From NCBI GenBank assembly GCA_037447605.1, contig CM074821.1, positions 806,001-870,000 of the forward strand: a stretch of DNA of 64,000 nt. The letters run 5' to 3'. The position numbers and the translations under genes were made by a program. Below are positions 31,190 through 41,552 of the stretch, piece by piece. Origin of the DNA: Zygnema circumcarinatum SAG 698-1b. Taxonomy: Eukaryota > Plantae > Zygnematophyceae. The notes beneath the pieces were generated by a model. It was not told where the DNA came from. It worked only from the letters and a program-made list of their open reading frames with translations, and did not search any database. The number at the start of each line of letters is the position of its first letter. Position 1 is the stretch's first letter.

Positions 31190-32114
31190 TCTCCCTCTCT
31201 CCCTCTCTCTCTATTCCCCTCTCCTACACTGCCTCCCTCAGCCTATACTCTTCTCGCTCTTCCTCCCCTACCTGCCTCCCGCTCTCTCCCTTCCCCCCCT
31301 GCCCTGTGAGGAGTGCTCTCTCACCAGCCCCACTAGCAACCCAACGCGCTCAACAAGGGCCTCTCCCTCCTCCCGCGATCGCTTGCTGCTCGCATAACAA
31401 AGAGAGAATTGGAGAATTCGAGCTTAAGAAAGGAATCAATTAGTCTTATTTGGATATGGATATGGACATGCTTTCTTTCTGCCTGCTTGCTACTTCCGTT
31501 CTGTTCCAGCTTCTTCAGCATAGAACTGAAAGCCTTAAATCCCAAACAAAGATAGGAGAAAGTCTATTTGGAAAACATCCTCAAGTGTGAACCAATCGTG
31601 GGCATGTGCAATGTGATAAGAATGCAAGATCCTTGTAATCCTTGTGTGTGTGCGTGAGTGTGTGTGTGAGAGAGAGAGAGAACGAGAGAGAGGGAGAGAG
31701 GGAGACGGAGGAGAGAGAGGGGGAGGGCGAGGGAGAGAGAGAGGGAGAAAGAGAGAGAGATAATGGGGAGAGAGAGAGGGGGAGGGAAAGCGAGAGGGAG
31801 AGAGAGAGGGGGAGGGAAAGAAAGTCTTAAGTAATCATTGGTCTGTTTGTAACCACATTATAGAGGCACATGCATCCACATGTTGGAGCCATAATGTTGT
31901 ACCTCAATACGGAAGTGATGGCACTATGAAATGGTCCGTTCACACCTAACAACGTGCACAAGAAGTTCTTCAAGATTAGAGAACAATACAAAGAGTCTCC
32001 TTCTTTTGCAACTGACCTCGAGTTCATACATTTTAGCTAAGGGTCCAAAAACTACGATGTTCAAAAGTAGACCAGGGGTCGACAAAAGTTGGAGTAATTC
32101 AATGAGTGCAAAGG

Positions 32115-32159
<45 letters not shown>

Positions 32160-33561
32160 GGAAGGGAGAGCAGACCTCCGAGCAGTGAAAGGCAAAAGGT
32201 TGGCACAAGTGCTGCGTAGCTGAACACATGGGAGCAGAACAGTCAAAATGGCAACGAAACGGATCAGAAAGCATAAACACACCGCTCAATCTAACTTTTC
32301 TTTTTGAGCTACGGAACCCAAAGAGAACTAACCCTAAAACTACACCTTTCTTATGCATTCCAAATATATTAAACAGTGAAATTGCTGAATGGGAAATAAA
32401 CAGCAACAATCAAAGAACCTTACAAAACCAAAATGAAAAAAAGGGGGGGGTTCCAAGAAGCCTGCCCAATAAGACAAACAAACAATCGATGAAAAGAACA
32501 AAAAAAAAAAAAAAAAAAAGGAAAAGTGAACTTTGCCTGAATGCAGTCATCACAGGTCCGACTCCAAACGCAGCTGCGAGAACTGTCTCTCTCAGAAGAC
32601 CCTGCCCCCCTCCAAAAAAAAAACCGTTGTACTCATTTAAACAATCCGGGTGTGTCTAAAGCACGTTCGTATCCCAATCTGATTCTTGCTTCAAATTTTT
32701 CTTTTTAACATTTTGGCGAGAAAAAATGTAAATTTTAGTGCTGAAACCTTTGTACTGCTGTAAGGAGAAAGCGGACCAGAAGCTTGCTGGCAGTTGCAGC
32801 CATTCCGACGATCCCTGCTGCACGAAGCAGGGCTCCTGTCCCAAACCAATGGCACTTTGAAAGTTAAGTTGGGCTATAAAACCCGGAACTCTCGTGAAAG
32901 AGAAATAGTAGGTTTCTAATCTTGTTGGAATTCTCTGCCTTTAACAGGTTAATTTTCTTTTGGATTATCCGAGGCAATGGTTGCTTCTTCTTTAGCTATT
33001 ATTTAAGAACTTTTTCCGTTTCTTTTTAATGTAATGCATTAATATTCTGATGTATTTGGCAGACTTACCGTTCTCTACGGCCTTGTCTGATTCTTGAGCT
33101 AGCACTTCCTCCTCTCCCACCACCTCCTCTGCCAGCTGTCCTTCTCTGCTTCCACCTCCTTCTCCTCTTCTGCCAGCTGTCGCTACCCTGCAGGCTACCG
33201 ACATGCATGTCCACCTTCCACCTCCACATTGCTCTCTCAGCCGCTCTTTAAGGTGCAGAGAGCTGCCTTTTTGGAAGTCATAAGTGGAGCATTTGAGCAG
33301 AGATGTGCTGCAGAAAGTTGCCTCCTGTGTTTTGCATGTCAAACTGTACAGCTGAAACCGAGACTTGGAGTATTCTGTTACATGTATGCCATGGTTGAAC
33401 CCTAAAGAAGCCATGCTACAGCATGCTGATGACATGCCATGCCGTTCATGGGCATTTCGAGGTTGTATATAAGCATATGCTCTATGTGGAACCTTCTCCG
33501 TCCTGGAAGAAAGGTAAGGAATCCTGCCATGAGGCCATGCATGCATCGTGCTTGCAGCCAT
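24285..33561 (-). CDS. MurJ: Plastid-targeted lipid II flippase MurJ/MviN homolog, many exons (one exon likely hidden in the N-gap at 26225-26234)
   Basis: Transit exon 33561-33066, then ALLRAAGIVGMAATASKLL / GLLRETVLAAAFGVGPVMTAFS / YAALVPTFCLSLLGG / VNGPFHSAITSVLS / KRSREEGEALVERV / LAVFAFAPAIIDILAPG / LRIMAPCVLLAALIG / ILAGGMTVGAMLQWL / ILLPASIGSGMLQIATYTDLYFAS / ANLLVMAPLGILS / LVRVFYALGDGQTPF / GLNMREWVQP / LNWVMETSVVGLAG...MMGGR*. These are MviN-family motifs. Confidence 0.9.
26225..26234. other. Assembly gap (10 N); further gaps at 43122-43131 and 43902-43911
   Basis: N runs lie inside homopurine/homopyrimidine tracts. Confidence 0.99.
29762..29965. repeat. Degenerate telomere-like (TTTTAGGG/TTAGGG) arrays in inverted orientation within a MurJ intron
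   Basis: TTAGGGTTTTTAGGG...GTTTTAGGGTTTTAGGG at 29762-29826 faces CCCTAAAAACCCTAAAA...AACCCTAAAA at 29889-29965. Confidence 0.75.
30162..30317. repeat. (GAACT)n pentanucleotide tandem array in a MurJ intron
   Basis: About 30 near-perfect GAACT units, read as TTCAG on the transcribed strand. Confidence 0.92.
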
Positions 33562-33724
33562 GGATGGCGGCTCGAATTTCCGACTGTGTGCAGCTTTCAC
33601 ATGGTGGAATACGATAGTTTAAAAAGCTAAAGCAAAGCAGAAGCGGAAGGTCTCGCGAAAGCTATCACGACCAACAGTAGGAAATTCTTATTTTCGAATC
33701 GCGAGGAAGAGATGTGGCAATGAT

Positions 33725-33950
33725 CATGGCGATGATGCCATCAAACGTACATGGACAAAACCATCATCATGGGGAACCACGAGGAACTGGCCACAAAGGA
33801 CTCCATGCTGATTCTGTTCATGTACATTTGATGGCCTTGCCATCGTGAGATCAATGCCACTTCCATGTTTTCACCTAAGAACAAAAGAAAAAAAGCTTGG
33901 AACTGAAAGCCGCAGCCCTCCCTAGAAGCAGCCGCGAAGGCCTCGAATCC
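33725..33950. repeat. Dispersed hairpin repeat family, copy 1
   Basis: The core CATGGGGAACCACGAGGAACTGG(C/T)CACA, plus ATTTGATGGC...GTGAGATCAATGCCACTTC and GCAGCCCT..AGAAGCAGCCGCGAAGG, recurs at about 54975-55115, 57585-57640 and 62600-62740. Confidence 0.7.
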
Positions 33951-34021
33951 GTTTGGAGGCCGCCACTTTATGGCAATGCCCATGGTGGGCACCTGGCCAT
34001 GGGACCCCATGGCAGCCATGG

Positions 34022-34090
34022 CATGGGGACCATGACACCATGCATGCCATGGGGACCATGACACCATGCATGCCATGGGGCCATGCATGC
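34022..34090. repeat. 26-bp CATG-rich tandem repeat (about 2.5 copies) containing RY-like CATGCATG
   Basis: CATGGGGACCATGACACCATGCATGC occurs at 34022-34047 and 34048-34073, followed by a partial copy. Confidence 0.8.
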
Positions 34091-34924
34091 ATGGCTCTCG
34101 TTACGCATAACATGTGCGCAATCATGATGGAATGGTGAGGAAAAGCATGTTTGTGGGGTGATGAGGGACCATGGGGCCATGGGGCCATGTTGCTATGGGT
34201 TGGGGAAAGAAAATGTTCACTTTTCCATAGTCCCTTCATTCAGCCTTCACTCCCGACTCGAAGCACAGATCAATCCAATCCACCATCGATGCCCAGTTAT
34301 TGTTTAGGTTCAGAGTCAAGGGGGGATTTGAACCAAGGTTTAGGGTTTTGGGTTTAGGGGCTCGGGTTCAATGGTTCAGGAATAATTTAAGACGTCTCAC
34401 GATGGCTATTGCCATTCCAAAATTTACACATCTAACACCAACTGACAAATAACGGATAAATGACCGACTAAATCTGACAAGGAGGGGAGAAAGGCCTGCC
34501 TTCAGTTGCTCCCATGCTAGTCCTAAATCCTTCAAGGATGGCTTCATGCTTAAACAAAGTCCTCTATAAAAAACTGCAGCTAAAACGAGAACGGGGGTAA
34601 CAAGAAACAGCGTTCCCACTGCCCTGCTTGGGATTTTCCGCACCCTAAAACAAAGCCAAAAGCGGCACATAGAGGCCCTGCTCGCCCCCTGCCCTGAGTA
34701 CACACTCCTTCTCACACTCTTATTCACATTGAACAAAAGCAAAGCCCACTTCTCTAACCGTTACCCGCTCTCCACTTCTGCCTTTGTTCTCGCTAACAAT
34801 TGGCGCAACAGTTTTGTATTTCGTTTCAGCGCGAATCTCAGATTGAACCCAATTCGGTTCAGCGTCTCCGTTCCGTGGCCTTACTTATTTTTGAAGACTT
34901 TTCCAGCATCTTGTTGTGTCATAG

Positions 34925-37900
34925 TCATGGTCTCCCTCCCTCCCTCCCCCCCTCCCCTCCCCTCCCTCCCTCCCTCCCCCCGCGCCTTGCCCAGGGCGGG
35001 AGGCCCCCCGGGGCGGCGAGCAGCGACTCGCGGGAGACGCACGCAAGGGAGGCCTTCGCGTCCTCCACTGCGTCCGGACACAGACTCTGCCGGGGACCGC
35101 CCTGGGGAGAGGGAAGGGACGAGGTTGGGACAGGCGGAGGAAGGAGGAGGGAGGGGGAGGGGAGAGGGGAGGAGGGAGGGGAGGGGGGGAGGGGGGAGGG
35201 GGAGGGGGGAGGGGGGAGGGGGAGGGGTGGGGGGAGAGAGGGGGAGAGGGGGGAAGGGGGAGGGGGAGGGGGGGAAGGGGAGAGGGGGAGGGGGAGGAGG
35301 AAGTGGGGAGGGGGGAGAGGGGGAGAGGGGGAGAGGGGGAGGGGGAGGGGGGGAGAGAGGGGGGAGAGGAGGGAAAGGGGAGGGGGGAGAGGGGGAAGGG
35401 GTGGGGGAAGGGGGAGGGGGGGAGGGGGAAGGAGGAAGTGGGGAGGGGAGAGGGGGAAGGGGGAGGGGGGAGGGGGGGGGAGGGGGGGGAAGGGGGGAGA
35501 GGGGGGAGGGGGGGAGAGAGGGGGGAGAGGAGGGAAAGGGGAGGGGGGGAGAGGGGGAAGGGGGTGGGGAAGGGGGAGTGGGGGAGGGGGAAGGAGGAAG
35601 TGAGGGGGGAGAGGGGGAAGGGGGAGGGGGGGAGAGAGGGGGAGAGGGAGAGGGGAGAGGGGAGAGGGGGAGAGAGGGGGAATGGGGAGAAGGGGGAGGG
35701 GGGGAGGGGGGGAGGGGGAGGGGGAGGGGGAGGGGGGAGAGAGGGGGAGAGGGGGAAGGGGGAGGGGGGAGGGGGAGGGGAGGGGAGGGGGGAGAGAGGG
35801 GGAGAGGGGAGAGGGAGGGGGAGGGGAGAGGGAGAGAGAGGGGGAGGAGGGGAGGAGGAGGGAGGGGAAGGGAGGATGGGCGAGGGAGAGGGGAGAGGGG
35901 AGGGAGGGGAGAGGGGAGAGGGGAGAGGGGAGAGGGAGGGGAGAGGGAGAGGGGAGGGGAGAGGGAGAGGGAGAGGGAGAGGGAGAGGGGAGAGGGAGAG
36001 GGGAGAGGGAGAGGGGAGAGGAGAGGGGAGAGGGGAGAGGGGAGAGGGAGAGGGGAGAGGGGAGAGGGAGAGGGGAGAGGGAGAGGGAGAGGGGAGGAGG
36101 GAGAGGGGAGGGGAGAGGGGAGGGGAGAGGGGAGAGGGAGAGGGGAGAGGGAGAGGGGAGGAGGAGAGGGAGAGGGGAGAGGGGAGAGGGAGAGGGGAGA
36201 GGGAGAGGGGAGAGGGAGAGGGGAGAGGGGAGAGGGGAGAGGGGAGAGGAGAGGGGAGAGGGAGAGGGGAGGAGGGAGAGGGAGAGGGGAGAGGAGAGGG
36301 GAGGAGGGAGAGGGGAGAGGGAGAGGGGAGAGGGAGAGGGAGAGGGAGAGGGAGAGGGAGAGGGAGAGGGAGAGGGGAGAGGGGAGAGGAGAGGAGAGGG
36401 AGAGGGGAGAGGGGAGGAGAGGAGAGGGGAGAGGGGAGAGGGAGAGAGAGGGAGAGGGGAGAGGAAGAGGAGATGGGAGATGGGAGAGGGAAGGGACGAT
36501 TTTAGGACAGGCGGAGGGGAAGGCGAAAGTGATATGCGCGATAAGTCACGGTCCCAACACCTTGTGTATATAGCACTTGTACTTTATCCATTTTTCTAGA
36601 TGGGCAACCTTCTTTTTGTGTTCAATTAAACCTTCAGTTATGTGGCATGGAACTTACTGGGCAGTACGCGATACCTTCACAAGAATAAAAACACTGGTAG
36701 TCATCTGCTATGTGGCAGTACCCCGGAAGCGCCAACGGAACGGAACTGATGTTCCCACATGCGCACGTACTGCCCGGCGGACAGTTTGTACATGGAATCT
36801 CCGTTTCCGCTTCACATCCTGCCGCACATGGATGTATCACTTGGATCGCTTTTTCTCGGGCCAATGACTGCACATGGAAACCCCCAAAAAACCATAATGT
36901 TCTATGTTGAAATTGGAGGGCTGAAGTGTTCTTGATCTATGTTTAAGTGCGTTGTTTGAAGTTTTTTTGAAGTTTTAAAGTTTTGAAGTTCTTGATGGTT
37001 GAATGATTGCAGATTTTTTTCATGAGAAGCAAAGAATTGTTCTGGGTTTCCAAAGGCGGAAAATCCGTAATTTAGCATCTTAGGTTATCCGATTCGGTTG
37101 CGGTTTCAACAATTTACAAAACATAAATATATTCATGTACATATCCTCACCTCAACGAGCGGTATTTCCTCCTCAGCGAGCAGAGTCAGTGAAGTTAAAT
37201 CTTCAGACGAAGCTTCGAAGTAGCTTCGCGGAAAGTGATGCCCTGCCGACTGCCAATGTAGGCCGTACACATCCACAGACACACATTTCTGCCCCACCCC
37301 AATAGAAAAAAATACACAAACATAAAAAAAGGTACAAAAACAGAAGTAAGAAACCTTCAGGTCTGCAGCATGTTCCAAAGTTCAATCTCTTACAGTACAA
37401 CTTTCATGAGATATAGAAGACTAAGGTGCTCTTTATCATTTAGTTTGGTTTTAGTTTTCGATTTTCGTTTTTCTCACCTGAATTGCAAGAAGAATGGCTG
37501 TAAAAGCTGGGGAGGCTTTGCCTGGGAGCGGAGAATTTTGGGCGATAAATTGGGAAAAATCGGGGTCAAAAAGCAGCATCCGCTGATCTTTTGTGTCAAA
37601 TAAGTACTGCAATAACAGTTCAACGGAAGATATCGTTCCATTTACAGAATATTCAATATCTTCCTTGCACCTCATACAAAAGAACTCCGAAAACACATCT
37701 AATGCATCTCAATCAAACTAAAACATTTCATATTTTGTTTCGTATAGAAAACTCCTTCCTCCCCAGAAAAAACTTCGGCGAGAAAATCTCCATATTGAAA
37801 CATTACTGTTCCTGGAAACCCTAATGAAAATCCTACCACTTATTCACTGAAATTCAGGCCACCTTGTGAAAAAAAATCACCTGAAAAGCAGCCAAAAAAT

Positions 37901-39650
37901 CCTCTTCACTCTGCACATTCATGATCCGGACCTCCTCTCCGTCTGTTTCCCCCAAATGATCTCTGCTCACAATACGAACCGAAGTCCTGCTTCCGACTTT
38001 ATCCTTCAATTCCAAGTCACCCCTCTTCCCCTTCGTCGGAGGTCTGCAGATAAACCAATTTCCCTCTCAATTTGCTTAGAAAAAACCCATCAAAAGGACC
38101 TTAAAAAACAGCCAAAGAAACCCATATGTATACAGAGAAAGAAGGTTTGGAATTAGACTGTTAACAGGGGGGGTAGTTCATGTACCCGTTTAACCGAATG
38201 ACTAAGTCAGACGAGTCAATTCGTTTTCCGTAATTGTAGGCGAGGGAGAGGCCGGAGCCCCCTACTACAGCACACGTGTTGAAGAGAGGGACCAATAGGA
38301 TGTCTGCAGGGGGGAGGAGGTTAACCATGGCCTGACTAAGAACAGGTTTCATGTTCGACAGTCGGTTCTGCACCACACAGTGAGAGAGAGAGAGAGAGGT
38401 CGACTGAACGTAATCAAAGAGACTGACTGACTCACTCCTCCAGAAAATTGGGTCAAAGAAATGAGATGCAGAAAGTGGCAGCTGCTGCTTGCTGAGTGAG
38501 TGGGTGAGTGAGTGAGCATGGGAGGAGAGTGCGATAGGAAAAAAAAAAGAAAAAATTAAAAGGTAAAAGGAAAAAGGAAAAGGAAAAAATAGTGACGATA
38601 TTTACCGCCTTCAGAGCCTTCCAGACGGCGGCGTTCACTTTTCCGGTCTTGTTCACACGTGCGACGAAAAAGCGTCCTGTTTCCGTTTCCGTCTCCGTCT
38701 CCGTTTCAGTTTCCGTTTCCGTGACAGAGCTGCCCTTTCCGGAATCTCTAGACGCGATCTGGAACGTCACATTTCCGGATCTCCTCACACGTGTGGAGGA
38801 CAGAACAAACTGCCCATGGAACATGGCCTCCACTCCTCCAAACTTCTGCCGAGTAAGCAGACAGTCGGAGCCATAGTATCTGAATAGGGGGAGGAGTGGA
38901 AAACAAGCAGAAATTGAGTTTTGTTTCACTAACTACTGCATCATTGTATGTTGTATGTTGTCCCCGTTGTATGTAGCTAGACAGCCAAGACATACAACAC
39001 ACATTGGCACGTGTTCGCACATGTATAAAAACATGTACTAGTTAATTAGTTAATGCAGAGAGTAGTCACACATACACAGGTAGTGCACATGAAGACTATA
39101 GTCAGCAGTGCCCTCAAGTGCTCGCTAGGAAGTAACTGACTTGTGAACAACTATGTGAAGAATGATCTCAAACTTTGGAAAGCCCTTCCCTTTTCATGGT
39201 TTCCCAGCCTTCCAGTTGGATTGGAACATGTGAACTTTCGGTTCTCAATATCTTTCAGCGTCCTAAAAAGCTTTTACCCTTACATAGTAGCATATTGCCA
39301 TTATTGATAATGTTATTAATAATATTGAAGGTTTTCCTTCTAATTTTGAGGTAATGGATGAACTCACGGCTTCAAACAGTGGCAAACGCTGTGCCTGCAA
39401 AACCCCCGAGAGTGGCAACCTGTCCCATTGCTGAACCCCGCCTCCTCCTCTCCCACCCGGGAGAGAGAGAGAGTGCAGCTCCCATCTCCCACAGCCTGCA
39501 GTCTGCTCCACTCGCTCCCTTCCAAAACCCTTTGGAAGGTTCGCCCCTCCGTGTCATCTATGCCAAAAGCCTTTACATACAGTTCGCCTCTCGCATCGCT
39601 TTCTTCCTCCTTCGGTTCCTGCAAAGTGAGTGAGAGAGAGAGAGAGAGAG

Positions 39651-39685
<35 letters not shown>

Positions 39686-41552
39686 GTGGAGAGAGATGAA
39701 AGATCTCGTACACTTAGAGTGAAAGATGAGCATCCTCCTCCGAAGTGGAACAGGGATGGGGATGATCCATCATAACGCAACCCTAAAACTGCCAAATAGA
39801 TTTGTCCTAAAAATGCAGTCACAATTCCTAGACAATTCCTGCATGCCTTGGGTTAAAGTGACAAAAAAATCACATACAGTGCTTTGTTTTGATCTCCCAT
39901 GGATCATGCCTTCCACCACGTGGCCACTCTCTCCCTTTATTTCTTTCCTTCGTTTTGCCTCCTCCTCCTCTTCACCTTTTTTTTCAGACAACTCTGTGCC
40001 ATTCTGTATGGCCTGTCCTGCAGGCAAAAGAAAGGACCTGTTCTTTCCGCATGCTTGACCAGAGGCAATATGCACACATCGCATTCTGCCTAAAGAGTTG
40101 CAGTTCAGTGTTGAATAAAGTGATGGAGAGACAGGAGGGGGAGAGAGAGATGAAGGGGACAGGGTGAGAGTTACATAATGCATTCATCAGTAACATGTGA
40201 TTGATAGCTCAGTTTCTCACACCTTCTTGGCCGACCGGAATTTTTGGGTGGGTCAATCTGTCCCGTTCACGCTTCAAATGCTTTGCCAGCTCATACAGTG
40301 CTGTGATGTTCTGCTTGGCCAACCCTGGTCACCGGAACAATGCAATTACTCAGTTGAAAAAAAAAAGGGAAGGAGAAAAAGGGATTGGTGTGATATGGGA
40401 AGGTATGTTATGGGTTTTAGAGTTGCGATTGGGCTGAAAAAAACTGCACAATACTAAACAGTGAATGGAGCAAATACTAATGCTGCAGATCTGCTCTTCA
40501 CCCCAACACCCTGAAAGAGGAAACCCTTCCAAGGGAGAGCGCGAGAGAGAGAGAGAGCGAGAAAGAGAGCGAGAGCGAGAGAGGGGGAGACAAGGGTGTG
40601 GGTGTGGGAGGCAGACAGTGAGAGGGGGAAGGACAAAGGAAATAAAGAATAACTGACCACTTTTCATAAGCGAATTTTCACGCTGTTGTTTGACTGTGTT
40701 CTCGTCAACTGGACGGGAGACCTCCACCTGAGAGCCGAACCCATCACTGCAAAAACGAACTTTGCACTGGGCGGTTAAACAGGTGAAAAGGAGGGGCAAA
40801 CATGTATTGTTCGGACTTCTAGAGGTAAAAAGCTGAATAATTTTTTCTACTCCTACTTCTTCGTCTCCTTCGTCTTCCGTCAGCGGGGTTCCATGCAAAT
40901 GCATTCACAATTTCCATCGAATTGAAGTTAAAATGACGACGTCGTGAAAGACGGAACGTATATAATTTCAAATTTGTTTTCCGACTCTTCGTGTCCTGCA
41001 ACTGAGATACAATAAACACTGGATGGTGGTGCATTGAGGGTAGATCTCTGGACATGCAAGACATACCCTGGCAGTTCAGCAAAGTTTGTGCGTCGTTTTA
41101 AATCTTGGACAACGAAAGACAAGCTTTGAATCCAGCAATGAATCAGACAAGCTGGACCGATTGTCAAAAAAATTGAAAACAGACGTGGATAAGCCACATT
41201 CTGCAGCCTTCAATGGCAGCATCGGAACAGCAGCATGAATTCAGTCAATGTGCATCCTCCAACTAACCCTACGCGTTGCCGCCTTCTTTTGGAATGACAA
41301 GATCAAACCAGCTGTCAGGTCTTGTGACATGGCAAACAGTCATCATCCTCATGGCATGATGCCATGGCCAAATCGTCTCATATGATGGCATGGGATGATG
41401 GCATGATGGCGTGACATGAGGGCATGGCATGAGGGTACATACATGCCGGCCTGCTCTATGAGGCGCTGGCGCGAGTGCAGCACGGAGAGCCCCGCGGAGG
41501 AGATGATGAAGGTCACCAGAACGGTGCGCCATGTTACACATGGCCGCGCCAT
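34925..41552 (-). CDS. GT29 (sialyltransferase-like) type II membrane glycosyltransferase with an EGF-like module and a Cys-rich C-terminus; 5' exons uncertain
   Basis: Sialylmotif L: [36 protein letters not shown]...[11 protein letters not shown] (38290-37990). S-motif-like: [23 protein letters not shown]. The N-terminal signal-anchor [25 protein letters not shown] starts at 41552. The last exon 35102-34925 is joined through the donor CCA|GTAAGT. Exons between 41450 and 40030 were not resolved. Confidence 0.72.
35140..36490. repeat. About 1.35-kb almost pure G/A homopurine tract in the last intron of the GT29 gene
   Basis: Nearly exclusively G and A (GGGA/GAGG/GGGAGA units). The long G/E/R-rich ORFs here are by-products of this composition. 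Confidence 0.93.

Noticed and set aside
34729-36599. 614-aa, 400-aa and 305-aa G/E/R-rich ORFs
   Set aside because: These are translations of a G/A-only tract that cannot contain stop codons and lies antisense within a GT29 intron.
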